From IMG/VR virus record IMGVR_UViG_3300033997_000243, positions 1 to 64,000 of that record: a DNA stretch of 64,000 nucleotides; one strand, 5' to 3'. The notes under the pieces are model-generated. The model was given only the letters and a program-made list of their open reading frames with translations, did no database searches and had not been told where the DNA came from. A program made the translations under genes and the position numbers. Numbering within the stretch: the first letter of the stretch is position 1; every line of letters starts with the position of its first letter. Shown here in pieces: positions 6,760 to 17,085 of this stretch.

Positions 6760-9108
6760 ATGATTAAGCTAAACGGGTTTGGCCTGAAAAACGTATTGAC
6801 CTTTGAAGATACGCTTCTTGAGGTTGGTAGCGAACATGGGTTGTATGTAATCCACGGTAAAAATTTAGACAGTAGAAATCCAGCTAACAAAAATGCTGTT
6901 GGCAAAAGTCGCTTGTTTTCAAGTATTCCTACTGTCGCTTTTGAAACAGACCCTTTAGCCATCAAAAGTCGAAACAAGAAAGATGTGCTTAAAGGTAAAA
7001 AGAGCACTCACATCCTTGAGGTAGAAAATCATTTAGGTGAATGTTATCGTTTTGAGCAAACAGCTTCTGCTTACAGTGTATTCATCAAAAATAAATCTGG
7101 TGAATATGTTAACGTAAACGAAGCTGGAAAACCAGTGAAACTTGAAATTGCCCGTACCCATTTGGATCGGGCTTTTCCTATTTCCGAAGAAATGTTTTAC
7201 GCAACTTCTTATGTTAGCGATCAACGTAGTTGCAACTTTATAAATGCTAGTCCACAGAATAGATTGGCCTTTATAACAAAATTGTTTGGCCTTGATGTTT
7301 ACGATGAACTACGTAAATATTTTACTAAAAAACTGGGTGAAGTTGCTAAAGCAGAGATTGAATATCAAACTTTAGCTCAAGAACTTAAAGCTGCTCAAAA
7401 AAGAATAGAGGAACTTGAGTGGACTTCTGATAAAAATTCCAAGTTAAAACGTGTCCATGAAAAACTGGATGGTGTCAAAGCCAAACTAAAAAAACTTTAT
7501 GAGTTATCTGGCAAACTAACAACAGCAAAAAACAATGCTGATCGTTTAAAGAAGCTTGTTACCAAACAAAAAGAATTACAAAAAGCTTTGGGTAAGTTAA
7601 GCACCAAAGAAGATCTTGCCAAATTAAGAAGCAACCTAAAACTTTCACAGCAGTTTGAATTTTATGTGGAAGCCAGCTCCGAGTATAAAAGTAAATCTTC
7701 TGTCATTCAAAAATCTTTGGATTCCATAACCAAACCCGAATTAAGCACAGACGAATTAGCTGAACAGTATGAAAAATACGTTAGCCTTATTTCAAAACTT
7801 GAACGCGATCTTGAAAACCAAACAGAAAAATATCAGGCTTATATAGAGATCAAAAAACAAAACTCTAAAGCAACAGCCAAGGCTTCAGCTTTGAAGTCCA
7901 CTTTTCTAAAAACAAAATTTGCAAAAAGTCTTGACCTTACCGAAAAAAATCTTGGCAAGAAAACTGACGCTATTTCCAGTCAGGTAGATTTGCTTAAAAC
8001 TACTGTTGCACTTTGGGATCAACTTCAAGATCATGAACATTTAGCAGGATGTCCTGTGTGTGGATCTGAAAAAGTTAAATACAAAGACCTTGAAAATCGA
8101 GTTAAAAAAGCGCAACAGTATTTAGAGGATTATGAAATATATTCAGAGTATGAAGAATTAGGTTCTTCTGTTGAAAGTATTTCTAAAGTAACCATAGATA
8201 CTAAGCTTGAAACCAAGTTAGAGTCGGCTCGTAAAAAGCTCAAACAAATTCGTGAACAAGGTAAACAATCGGAGCAGTATGATAAGTTGATTGCTCAAAT
8301 GGATTCACTTAAGAAACCAGTCAAACCAAAAGTTATTGTTAAAGAATCCAGCGAATCTATCGAACGTAAAATCGAAGCGCTTTCACTGTTACTTCAAAAC
8401 AAAGATCGCATTAAAGATCTTGGCAGCGAACATTACGATGAAAAAGCCCACTCTCGCGTTCAAAAAGAATTAAAGGAACTGACTCAGGAAAACGATCAGC
8501 TTGAAAAACTTTGGCGTAAATTAAATCTTGCCAAAATTGAATTTAAGAATTTAAGTAAGACTGCTGAAGATCTTTCTAATAAATTGAAGGTTGTAGAGCC
8601 ATTATTAAAAATGCGTGAGCAGTATAAGATATTGCAGACTGCATACTCTCCGAATAATTTAAAGCTACAAGCAGCTGAGGCAATAGTTCGTCAATTAGAA
8701 GATAGCTTAAATCGCTATAGTAGTTTAGTTTTTCTTGAACCTATGAAATTTCAAATTCGCACTCAAGCGAATGGCATAAGTGCAGTTGCCATCCGTAATA
8801 ACGGAGAATCAAGCGACATAGTTTACTTGAGTGGTGCAGAAGCCAACTGTTTCCGTTTATTATTCGCAGTTAGTTTATTGCCATTGATTCCAGAAGAAAA
8901 GCGAACCAATTTCTTGATACTTGACGAACCTGATAGTCGATGCAGTACAGCCGTGCGCGAACATTTGATTAGAGAATTTTTACCAAAACTTCGGCAAATA
9001 GTTCCGCATATATTCTGGATAACACCTAAGAGTATAGATGATTTCCAAGATTATACGCTACTAACAGTAGTTAAAGAAAAAGGATCATCATACCTAGAAG
9101 TATCTTAA
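6760..9108 (+). CDS. sbcC: SbcC/Rad50-like ABC ATPase (recombination nuclease subunit)
   Basis: Walker A G..(insert)..NAVGKS, long coiled coil with CPVC Zn hook, signature LSGAE, Walker B LILDEPD. Likely start ATG 6760. Confidence 0.9.
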   Translation: MIKLNGFGLKNVLTFEDTLLEVGSEHGLYVIHGKNLDSRNPANKNAVGKSRLFSSIPTVAFETDPLAIKSRNKKDVLKGKKSTHILEVENHLGECYRFEQTASAYSVFIKNKSGEYVNVNEAGKPVKLEIARTHLDRAFPISEEMFYATSYVSDQRSCNFINASPQNRLAFITKLFGLDVYDELRKYFTKKLGEVAKAEIEYQTLAQELKAAQKRIEELEWTSDKNSKLKRVHEKLDGVKAKLKKLYELSGKLTTAKNNADRLKKLVTKQKELQKALGKLSTKEDLAKLRSNLKLSQQFEFYVEASSEYKSKSSVIQKSLDSITKPELSTDELAEQYEKYVSLISKLERDLENQTEKYQAYIEIKKQNSKATAKASALKSTFLKTKFAKSLDLTEKNLGKKTDAISSQVDLLKTTVALWDQLQDHEHLAGCPVCGSEKVKYKDLENRVKKAQQYLEDYEIYSEYEELGSSVESISKVTIDTKLETKLESARKKLKQIREQGKQSEQYDKLIAQMDSLKKPVKPKVIVKESSESIERKIEALSLLLQNKDRIKDLGSEHYDEKAHSRVQKELKELTQENDQLEKLWRKLNLAKIEFKNLSKTAEDLSNKLKVVEPLLKMREQYKILQTAYSPNNLKLQAAEAIVRQLEDSLNRYSSLVFLEPMKFQIRTQANGISAVAIRNNGESSDIVYLSGAEANCFRLLFAVSLLPLIPEEKRTNFLILDEPDSRCSTAVREHLIREFLPKLRQIVPHIFWITPKSIDDFQDYTLLTVVKEKGSSYLEVS

Positions 9109-9117
9109 AGGTATTTT

Positions 9118-10020
9118 ATGTCTAAAACTTATGTTGTGTATAACGCTCACACAATGGACGGCCAAGCTTCTGCGTTGGCCGCATATTTTAGATTCAAAAA
9201 TGATGCTATTTATTTAGCATTTGATTATGGAAAGCTCAGCATTTTTGAATATTTTACAAAAGGTGATATAGCCGATCACATTTATATTCTCGGCTTACAT
9301 CTTACACCGCAAGATCTTGCACGTATATCATCTTATGGTAAAAACGTGACATACATAGATCATATGCCTGTTGAGCTATCAGAATCAAGCAAAACCAAAA
9401 TAACTCAGTTTTCCATTCCTGAGCGAAGCACTTGCGTATCTGCATGGTCATATTTTTTACCGAGCGACATGGTTCCAGAAACATTACTTATTATAGAGGA
9501 TGTTGTACTACATAAAAATGAAATATCTAATAGCCGTTTTATTTATGATGGATTGCGTTATAAAATGTTGCAGTGTGAGGAAGATGCGTTTTTATTAAAC
9601 ACCCAACATTTTATAAGCCCTAATTTGTCAGAACTTGCGGTTGAAGGTATGCAAGTTGGTTCGTTTTTTCAAACCACTGCTTCTTATCTTGCATCCAATT
9701 GCGGCTATTCAAATTTATTGGATTACAAATGTGCTTTCATTAACGCGCCCAAACTTTTCTCATATCACATAATCAAACATTTACTTAGTTTAGGAAAATA
9801 CGATTATGTGTTTTTGTATTCTGATTGCAGAGTAAGTGGTTACGTGTATCGCAGTTGGTCAGTAGGATGCAGATCTGGACTTGATTATGACGCTTCATTA
9901 ATAGCAAATATTTTTGACGGCTATGGTACTCAAAGTTTTGCAGGATTTGTCAGCTCTTTAAATTTACGCGAAAACGATATTTGTAGTGAAATAGTTCAGT
10001 ATATAAACGCTAAACTGTAA
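9118..10020 (+). CDS. DHH/DHHA1-family phosphoesterase-like protein with degenerate motifs
   Basis: YNAHTMDG (motif I), YIDHM in place of DHH, and C-terminal GYGTQSFAGF in place of GGGH..AAGF. Confidence 0.7.
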   Translation: MSKTYVVYNAHTMDGQASALAAYFRFKNDAIYLAFDYGKLSIFEYFTKGDIADHIYILGLHLTPQDLARISSYGKNVTYIDHMPVELSESSKTKITQFSIPERSTCVSAWSYFLPSDMVPETLLIIEDVVLHKNEISNSRFIYDGLRYKMLQCEEDAFLLNTQHFISPNLSELAVEGMQVGSFFQTTASYLASNCGYSNLLDYKCAFINAPKLFSYHIIKHLLSLGKYDYVFLYSDCRVSGYVYRSWSVGCRSGLDYDASLIANIFDGYGTQSFAGFVSSLNLRENDICSEIVQYINAKL

Positions 10021-10022
10021 AT
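10014..10022 (+). promoter_or_regulatory. ACTGTAAAT putative phage promoter element
   Basis: Recurrent motif, 25 nt before ATG 10048. Confidence 0.5.
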
Positions 10023-10047
10023 CTACTACAAAGGAGATACCTAAACC

Positions 10048-10854
10048 ATGCCTGTATTTTATGGAGTAGCTGGACATTCACCAGACGAAGTTATTAAAGC
10101 TTTATTGTCTTTTGATTCCAACCCAACTTTTAAGATCATAAAACCCAAATCCGTATTTACGGCAGAAGGTTTGCGTAAAACCAAATATATCATTTGTCTA
10201 AGTCGAGAAGATTTTGTACGCAATTACAAGATTTTGTGTGGGTTAAAGCAAAAAGTTTTTGTATTTGCTTCACCATTATTCTTGCTTGAGTACAAAGGCT
10301 TTAATAGACTTGATTACGGAATTGATTCTGAAAATAAAACTCGAATAGTTGTTTTTGATGAAATAGATTTAGAGGTTCTTTCTAACCCTGTTGAAAAACC
10401 TATACAGAAAAAGAAAGTAACTTATTTGGACATTGTTATTCAAAAAGCCAAATCTGGATCTGTCTTTGACAAGCTAATGACTTACATTTATAAGTTACCT
10501 GCCAAGACTCACCAAAAACCTGTTAAAAAAATCTGCTGTCAGTTTTTACGCAATGATTGGTCTAAAGAAAAGCTTATAGAAGAACTCAAAAGACTTGGCA
10601 CTCAAATAAAACTTAGCTCGGCAATAGTGTCTGGCATAAGTGATATTCTTTTTTCCGATATTGCACGACGCTATCAAATTGCTTTCAAAGAAATAAATGG
10701 TGTTCCTGATGTAGCTGACGTATCAACAGCTTACGATTTGAATCCTTATGAATTCATGTACATTTTAAAAATGCTTGAAAGCGATAAACAAATAACAGAT
10801 AAAAGCAAGGTCAGTATTGATACTTATCTTGCAAATGAAAAGAAGGGGAAATAA
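10048..10854 (+). CDS. Hypothetical protein
   Basis: AAGGAG RBS; 268-aa ORF. Confidence 0.8.
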   Translation: MPVFYGVAGHSPDEVIKALLSFDSNPTFKIIKPKSVFTAEGLRKTKYIICLSREDFVRNYKILCGLKQKVFVFASPLFLLEYKGFNRLDYGIDSENKTRIVVFDEIDLEVLSNPVEKPIQKKKVTYLDIVIQKAKSGSVFDKLMTYIYKLPAKTHQKPVKKICCQFLRNDWSKEKLIEELKRLGTQIKLSSAIVSGISDILFSDIARRYQIAFKEINGVPDVADVSTAYDLNPYEFMYILKMLESDKQITDKSKVSIDTYLANEKKGK

Positions 10855-10855
10855 A

Positions 10856-11713
10856 TTGAATTTGGATTTAACCAAACTTAATCTTCATCCAGACGGTTTA
10901 GCTGAAACCTATCAACGCAATGCCGCATTGATCTTACGACATCTTACTCATTTGATGTATGCTGCTACGCAAAGCGATCAAGCAAAAACAAATGCAAATG
11001 ATTGCTACGAAATAAACCCAGTAAACTTATATAAAGAGCTATTGAATATAACAGACTCTGATCTTGTTGAGCTTCCTTCAGCAGATCGTGCTGTACTTTG
11101 CGCTATGTTCTGTGGCTACTCTAGTCAGATTTATGATCAGACTTTTGCTTACGTGTCTGGTGGTGAAATCGATTTATCAGTTTTCGATGTTGAGTATAAC
11201 GATCTGGATTTGTTTGATTTTATCAGCACTGGTTACAAGTTCACGGACAAGGTTAAATTCAGAACTACTTTGGAAAGAATTCAGAACAACGGAATAATCT
11301 TGTACAGCAAAAAGTTTGGCAATCAAGCTGGTACAAGTTTCGTAAAAACAGTTCAGATAGATCCTCAGTTCATTGATGATTTTTTCTGCAAGCATTACAT
11401 TCGTCCAATGAAGAAAACAGCTGAAGTGAATCACTATAAATATATAGATGAACATTTTGCTACGTTTTTAGAAAAGCTTGGTCTTAATCCTGACTTGGCT
11501 GCTGGTGCTGGTGCTGCTCACGGTGATAAGTGTTATCAGTATCGTGACACTTGGGAAAAATGGGGAATTTCTTTCGAGAAAGGTTGTTGCATTTATTTGC
11601 TAACGTACTACACACCATTTTCAGATACTGTCCGAAATACACCACAAGGTTGGGTAGATCCTTCACATTGGGTTATTTCTAACCGCAATAAGTTTATGTT
11701 TCTTCTTCCTTAA
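10856..11713 (+). CDS. Hypothetical protein
   Basis: AAGGGG RBS before TTG 10856; long ORF. Confidence 0.75.
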   Translation: MNLDLTKLNLHPDGLAETYQRNAALILRHLTHLMYAATQSDQAKTNANDCYEINPVNLYKELLNITDSDLVELPSADRAVLCAMFCGYSSQIYDQTFAYVSGGEIDLSVFDVEYNDLDLFDFISTGYKFTDKVKFRTTLERIQNNGIILYSKKFGNQAGTSFVKTVQIDPQFIDDFFCKHYIRPMKKTAEVNHYKYIDEHFATFLEKLGLNPDLAAGAGAAHGDKCYQYRDTWEKWGISFEKGCCIYLLTYYTPFSDTVRNTPQGWVDPSHWVISNRNKFMFLLP

Positions 11714-11722
11714 GGATATTTT

Positions 11723-12184
11723 ATGAATCCTGATACTGTTGGATCTCATTTAGATTGGCATCGACTGTGTATGGCGGAACTTGCTGATCTATTTCTGCGT
11801 GATATTGCAGACATATCTTTCTCTGATTGTAACTGCAAATATTTTGCGAAAGTAACCATGCGTGATTTTTCAGACGATCCTGATGCTGTCTCTTTAGAAT
11901 CATTAGCATTCACTCTTGCTATTGCACAAAATATCACGCAAAATCTTAAGAAAAATTTAGAGCCTAATAAAATTCAAGTTGGTTCACTTCAGCAAGATTT
12001 CAAAACTTACTACCATAAGCTTTGTCCTGATGCTCCAATGCTTCCTGTCGTAGACATCACTTTGTTTATGAAACAAGTAACAGATTTTGTAAACTACGCT
12101 GGATATTCTATTGATAGCACTCAACACATTTTGTTTGTTCCAGAAAATATCTTCAAGGTATTTTTAGATGAAGTCGAAGTCTAA
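11723..12184 (+). CDS. Hypothetical protein
   Basis: AAGGA RBS; 153-aa ORF. Confidence 0.75.
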   Translation: MNPDTVGSHLDWHRLCMAELADLFLRDIADISFSDCNCKYFAKVTMRDFSDDPDAVSLESLAFTLAIAQNITQNLKKNLEPNKIQVGSLQQDFKTYYHKLCPDAPMLPVVDITLFMKQVTDFVNYAGYSIDSTQHILFVPENIFKVFLDEVEV

Positions 12185-12509
12185 GGTTCCTCAGTTAAAG
12201 GTCGAACGTACTTCTCCGTGTGGTAATAAGAAAAAGATTTATTATTTCTCTGTTACCACTCACTCTTATCCTTCACCTAGCATTACCTTTACTGACTATG
12301 AATATTTAAAACTCATTGACGGAAAATGGAAAGTAACTCAAAACTATAGTGCTGTTGGTCATCCAAGTAATCTTAAAGAATTTCAACTTGATGAAAAGAT
12401 CTTAAAGTTGGCGCACAAGCAGTATTTGAAATTCATAGACAAATATTTAATCATCCATACAAAAGAAGGCAGTTATGTCACGGGAAGTTCAGGTAATTCA
12501 TACAGGTGA
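12168..12509 (+). CDS. Hypothetical protein
   Basis: 113-aa ORF filling the gap between flanking genes, with short overlaps. Confidence 0.65.
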   Translation: MKSKSKVPQLKVERTSPCGNKKKIYYFSVTTHSYPSPSITFTDYEYLKLIDGKWKVTQNYSAVGHPSNLKEFQLDEKILKLAHKQYLKFIDKYLIIHTKEGSYVTGSSGNSYR

Positions 12510-13536
12510 TTGGCATTTTGATGGTCTGAAAAATCATTTCCCTTCCGACCACGCTGACCGCATAGGATTTGAAGTAGAAAAAGTTTACAAGTACGCTGTT
12601 AAAAAGGCAATTCCTTATATTATTGTTGCTGGTGACATAAGCGACAGTTATAAAATGACTGCCGAAAGTATTCAAAAACTTATTGCTGTCTTGAGTAAGT
12701 ACGACAACCACGTTACAACTTTTTACTTGATGGGCAATCACGATTACGGTGATAACAAAACTTCTAGCCTTAGTATCTTTCAGACTATGGTTGAGTTTAA
12801 AATGCTTAAGAACTTTGTGGTTGTAGACCAAAGAGAAATTCGCAAAATTGGTGGAATAGATTTTAATTTCTGCCCATTTCCGTTTACTGAACTGCTGCCT
12901 TCTGATAAACCAGTTGTGAACATAATACACCGTGATGTTCAAGGTGCTGTTGGTGACAATGGCCGCGAATTAAAAGTAAAAGAAGCACTAAAGGTCAATA
13001 GCCAACGTGACTTCACTGTTAGCGGCCATATACATCTGAGACAGTATCTTAAAAAACTCAGAGTCCTTTATCCAGGCGCTTTATTTCAAAAAACCTTTGG
13101 CGAAACACTACCTAAAGGTTTTGCTGTTGTAAAATACAAGGTCAAGAATGGAGTGATGAAAGCTGATTGGGAATACGTAGATAATATTCCTAAATTTAGA
13201 TTGGAAACTGTTCACATAGCAAATCAGAAAGAATTCGCAGCTTTGCGCGTAGATCCAAACATACGCTATAGGCTTTATGTTGCTGACGGTATTGTTGTTC
13301 CTGCAAAACTAAGACAAGATGTTCCAAACATTGACCAGCTTTGGGGAGTTAAAGGTAAAAAGCTTGAGGCTGATTTGGACTACGACCAAAACTTTTTAAA
13401 AGAAGTTAGCGAACTTCCAAAGATAGATCCCATGCTCGGCCTGAAAGATTTTTATAAAACTAATAAACTAAAAAAGGAAGATTTTCTTTTTGGAAAGAAA
13501 GCAGTTACTGAGGCACTCCGAACTTTAGGCTATTAA
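12475..13536 (+). CDS. sbcD: SbcD/Mre11-like nuclease
   Basis: HTGDWH, AGD, GNHD, GHIH and YPGA...QKTFGE motifs; partner SbcC upstream. Confidence 0.9.
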   Translation: MSREVQVIHTGDWHFDGLKNHFPSDHADRIGFEVEKVYKYAVKKAIPYIIVAGDISDSYKMTAESIQKLIAVLSKYDNHVTTFYLMGNHDYGDNKTSSLSIFQTMVEFKMLKNFVVVDQREIRKIGGIDFNFCPFPFTELLPSDKPVVNIIHRDVQGAVGDNGRELKVKEALKVNSQRDFTVSGHIHLRQYLKKLRVLYPGALFQKTFGETLPKGFAVVKYKVKNGVMKADWEYVDNIPKFRLETVHIANQKEFAALRVDPNIRYRLYVADGIVVPAKLRQDVPNIDQLWGVKGKKLEADLDYDQNFLKEVSELPKIDPMLGLKDFYKTNKLKKEDFLFGKKAVTEALRTLGY

Positions 13537-13648
13537 AAATATTTAAAATATTTTATTTTTATTTTTATAATAGTAATTTTAAGGTAAGAGGATTGTGAGA
13601 GATTCTCGTGGAGAGTAATTAATTTAATTTCAAAAGTAGAGGTCTATT

Positions 13649-14389
13649 ATGGCTGTTAAAGGTAAAGGTAAAGGCAAGGACGGCAAAGGCGCTGGTTCTC
13701 GCTTGGGCGGTAACGTAAACGCTCCAGTTAAAAAACAAACTCCCGCTCAGAAAGCTGCTGCTGCTGGTCATGGTAAAAAAATGACTGCTGCTGAAAAAGC
13801 AAAAGCTAAAAAGCAAGCTGAATTACGTGACCGCAAGAAAACTCCTGCTGAGCGTAAGTTTGAAAAAGAACGCGCTAAACTGTTAGCTGAAAAACGTAAA
13901 GCTAAAGAAGGCAAAGCTCCAGCTAAAGCCCCTAAAGCTTCTACAACTTTAAAAGAGCGTTTGGCCGCTTGGAAAGCTCGTGGTGGTACTATCCGTACTA
14001 AACAAAAAGAGCAATTCAAAGCTTTAACTGAACGTCAAAAAGCCAGCAACAAGTTACGTGCTGAAAAACAGAAAGCTGCTCGTGAAGGTATGAAACAACG
14101 CCATGCTGATCAGCTGAAAAAGTACGAAGCTCGTAAACCTGGTACTAAGGCTCCAGCTCCAGCTGGTAAGAAACCTGCTGCTCCTGCTGGCAAAAAGCCA
14201 TCAACAGCTCCTGCTGGCAAAAAGCCAAGTGCTCCAGCCGGTAAAAAACCTGCTGCTCCTGCTGGTAAAAAGCCAAGTGCTCCTGCTGGCAAAAAACCTG
14301 CTGCTCCTGCTGGCAAAAAACCTGCTGGCAAAAAACCTGCTGCACCAGCTGGTAAGAAACCAGGAACTTCGAAGTTCCCTAAGAAGTAA
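13649..14389 (+). CDS. Histone H1-like Lys/Ala/Pro-rich basic protein
   Basis: GAGG RBS, extreme K/A/P composition, nine PAGKK(P) repeats at the C-terminus, own terminator. Confidence 0.75.
   Translation: MAVKGKGKGKDGKGAGSRLGGNVNAPVKKQTPAQKAAAAGHGKKMTAAEKAKAKKQAELRDRKKTPAERKFEKERAKLLAEKRKAKEGKAPAKAPKASTTLKERLAAWKARGGTIRTKQKEQFKALTERQKASNKLRAEKQKAAREGMKQRHADQLKKYEARKPGTKAPAPAGKKPAAPAGKKPSTAPAGKKPSAPAGKKPAAPAGKKPSAPAGKKPAAPAGKKPAGKKPAAPAGKKPGTSKFPKK
14159..14362 (+). repeat. Degenerate ~24-bp coding tandem repeat (PAGKKP[A/S]A)
   Basis: Nine copies of the PAGKK core with synonymous variation. Confidence 0.9.
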
Positions 14390-14404
14390 TTCTTAGTTAA
14401 AAAG

Positions 14405-14436
14405 AAAAGGCCGAGATTAATTTCTTGGCCTTTTTT
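14405..14436 (+). terminator. Rho-independent terminator (possibly bidirectional)
   Basis: AAAAGGCCGAGA-loop-TCTTGGCCTTTTTT. Confidence 0.85.
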
Positions 14437-14506
14437 CGTTTCTGTCGTTAAAAACACTCTGATATATAATTTTAGTGTATATCCATAGCAACCGTTAAGG
14501 CCAATT

Positions 14507-15925
14507 ATGTTTAAGGTAAATCGCTTATCAGAAAGAGCGGAATCAATTCGCTCAGCACGTTCTGTAAAAGAATTAGCTGCTATTATAAGTACACTGAGCG
14601 ATGAAGTTAAAATCTTGAGTGAAGATACGGAACATTTTCTGCAATCTGTATCATCTAAAAAAACTAAACCTTCAGTGTACACGATTGCAATAGCCAGTTC
14701 TAAAACCAACAGAATCGAACTTGGCGATCTAGATGATCAACAAGATAGAATCGAAGAATACGAAGCAAAGAAAGTCAAAAAGAAACGCGAAGCTGGTACT
14801 CCAATTCCTGCTTCAGATGTAAAGCTTCCTAGCGTTACGACAAAATTGACTTCTTTCACTGCTCCTGATTTAAAAGAAATTGCGAAAGAAAATGAAACTC
14901 TGCACAAACTTGAGCAGCACATTGCCGAGCTTGAGATAGCAGAACAAGTTTTAATGAGTTCCACTTTTACAAAGATGGAAAACAATCGTCTGCTTCGTCA
15001 GAATTTACGTGCCTCAATTAACTTGGCTAAGACAGCTGTTGAAGATCAGCTGAAGGCTATGTCCAAAATTGCGCGTGAAACAAGACCTAAACATCATAAT
15101 GCAATGATCAAAGGTGTCGTCGAATATTTAACTGATGTCATCGACAAGCGTTTGTACAGTGCAATTACTCAGAACACTTTTGTCTACAAAACAACTTCTC
15201 CCGACACAACAGCTTATGTTGGTAAATCAGGACGTCCTGAAGGTAAGAGTATTGATCGTAGCAAAATCAACTACCAAACTTTTATTCATATAAAAGATTT
15301 GGTGACTGTTGGCGGTCATGTGCGTGATGATTATTCAATTGTTGTTACTGGTTCAATTGATATTGGAACTGGTGAACTTTCTTACCATGTTATTAGTTTA
15401 ACAAGTGATAAGATTCCTGGTTCTTTCCCAATCGGTAAACCTTTATCTAACACAGCTGAAATGAAACGCTTAATTGGTGCAATGTTAACTCAGGATATGG
15501 GTAATCCAACTCGTGATCGCGTAGCCGTTGGCTTAACAACCAGCCAAATGAAACGTATTCCTGAATTTGCATCAATTGAATATGTTGACCAGTTACGTCA
15601 AGTTGATGATTTCTTGATTTTCCGTTTGGTCAAAGGCTTAAGCAAAGAAGAAGAGTTGGAAGCAAAAACACAAATTGCTGCGGCAGTAGATCGTGTTTAC
15701 TACAACAAGATTGCCGATCTGAAAAAGATTACTTCTCAGATCCAAACACGTACACGACCAAACATGCGTGAAGAAGTCGGCCGCAATTCTCGTCGCAAGT
15801 ACATTCGTGTTGCAATGGTTTCTAAAACCAAACACGATTTGACACGCGATAAGATCAAAAAACTTGGAACGGAACTTCACTTAAAACCTGAAGTCGTGAA
15901 TGAAATGCTTCGGACGATTCAATAA
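14507..15925 (+). CDS. Hypothetical protein (472 aa)
   Basis: Long ORF after an AAGG RBS; coiled-coil-like N-terminal half. Confidence 0.8.
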   Translation: MFKVNRLSERAESIRSARSVKELAAIISTLSDEVKILSEDTEHFLQSVSSKKTKPSVYTIAIASSKTNRIELGDLDDQQDRIEEYEAKKVKKKREAGTPIPASDVKLPSVTTKLTSFTAPDLKEIAKENETLHKLEQHIAELEIAEQVLMSSTFTKMENNRLLRQNLRASINLAKTAVEDQLKAMSKIARETRPKHHNAMIKGVVEYLTDVIDKRLYSAITQNTFVYKTTSPDTTAYVGKSGRPEGKSIDRSKINYQTFIHIKDLVTVGGHVRDDYSIVVTGSIDIGTGELSYHVISLTSDKIPGSFPIGKPLSNTAEMKRLIGAMLTQDMGNPTRDRVAVGLTTSQMKRIPEFASIEYVDQLRQVDDFLIFRLVKGLSKEEELEAKTQIAAAVDRVYYNKIADLKKITSQIQTRTRPNMREEVGRNSRRKYIRVAMVSKTKHDLTRDKIKKLGTELHLKPEVVNEMLRTIQ

Positions 15926-17082
15926 TGCACTTGTCTGCTGCCTCTACATTTAAGCTTAACCCAGTTAATGGTTTAAGCCGACAAGTCAAACGTGCATTGG
16001 TGGTCAGAGAAAACAATGGAACAGAGGATCTAGGTAGACACTTAGGTTCTTTGTTCACATTTATTTTGAATCGATTAGAGAGTTACCCATTTGTTCTTGT
16101 TCGAGCAAATAGCTTTTCTTTAGTGAATGTATCTACTTCACTTGGCAAAAGCTTCGGTTACTCTGAAGTTAATTTTAAGAAAAGAAGCACATTGCCTTCT
16201 AATCTTATAACCTTCACCTTTTGTTTGACTGGCCGACCTTTGAAAAAGATTGAACAGTTAACAACAATCGACTTGATTAGTAATGATTTTCTTTTTGGCC
16301 CCGACCTAAGAAATTTAAACTACTTAACCATTACTGTGGATCAAAGTACGGCTCGTAAATATGGAATTGATTTCAATATTCACAAGCAACTTGAATTTCT
16401 TTATAACACTGTTGGACTTGTCTCAAAAAGTTTTGTTGTTCATCCTCGTGGTTGGTGGGATTCTTCTGTGTATTCCACACATTTTTTAAGAAGTTTGTAT
16501 AACCAATTTTACGAAAAGCAACCTGAGTATCTTTTCAAAGAAGTACCAATTGGCTATTGGCATTACAACAAAAAGTTTTGGCAAGATTACTCACATTTGC
16601 TTGTTCCAAAACTTATCGATGAAGGGTTTTATAAATACTTTACTGTTTTTATCTTGGATAGTATTTACATAGGTCAAAATTTGGATGCTGAAGCATTTAA
16701 CTGGATCTATGGCCCAACTTCCTCACTTACTGCTTTTATTGAATCTGGCATTAGAAAACTTATGTCAGAAATTCATTCAAGCATTCAGCGACAACTAACA
16801 CCTAACGATATTGACATGAACATAATCGATGACAGTGTTCATTGCGTTATTCACTTGCTTTATCGTTATCATGAAACTTTAGGTGTGGGTCTTGATGATC
16901 AACTTGTTGCTTCTCTTTATACTAAAATTCTTCGCAAGGTAACAAAAGGCGATGGCATGTATAGCGAAGAAGCTTATGGTCTTATGAGAAAATTGTTTGC
17001 TGTTCAAGATAAAGCAGCTTACTCACTCATAGATCAAGATGTTGAATTCAAAAAACTCAGCGACCAACTTTTCGAGGAATAA
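15925..17082 (+). CDS. Hypothetical protein (385 aa)
   Basis: TAATG stop-start coupling; long ORF. Confidence 0.8.
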   Translation: MHLSAASTFKLNPVNGLSRQVKRALVVRENNGTEDLGRHLGSLFTFILNRLESYPFVLVRANSFSLVNVSTSLGKSFGYSEVNFKKRSTLPSNLITFTFCLTGRPLKKIEQLTTIDLISNDFLFGPDLRNLNYLTITVDQSTARKYGIDFNIHKQLEFLYNTVGLVSKSFVVHPRGWWDSSVYSTHFLRSLYNQFYEKQPEYLFKEVPIGYWHYNKKFWQDYSHLLVPKLIDEGFYKYFTVFILDSIYIGQNLDAEAFNWIYGPTSSLTAFIESGIRKLMSEIHSSIQRQLTPNDIDMNIIDDSVHCVIHLLYRYHETLGVGLDDQLVASLYTKILRKVTKGDGMYSEEAYGLMRKLFAVQDKAAYSLIDQDVEFKKLSDQLFEE

Positions 17083-17085
17083 GAA

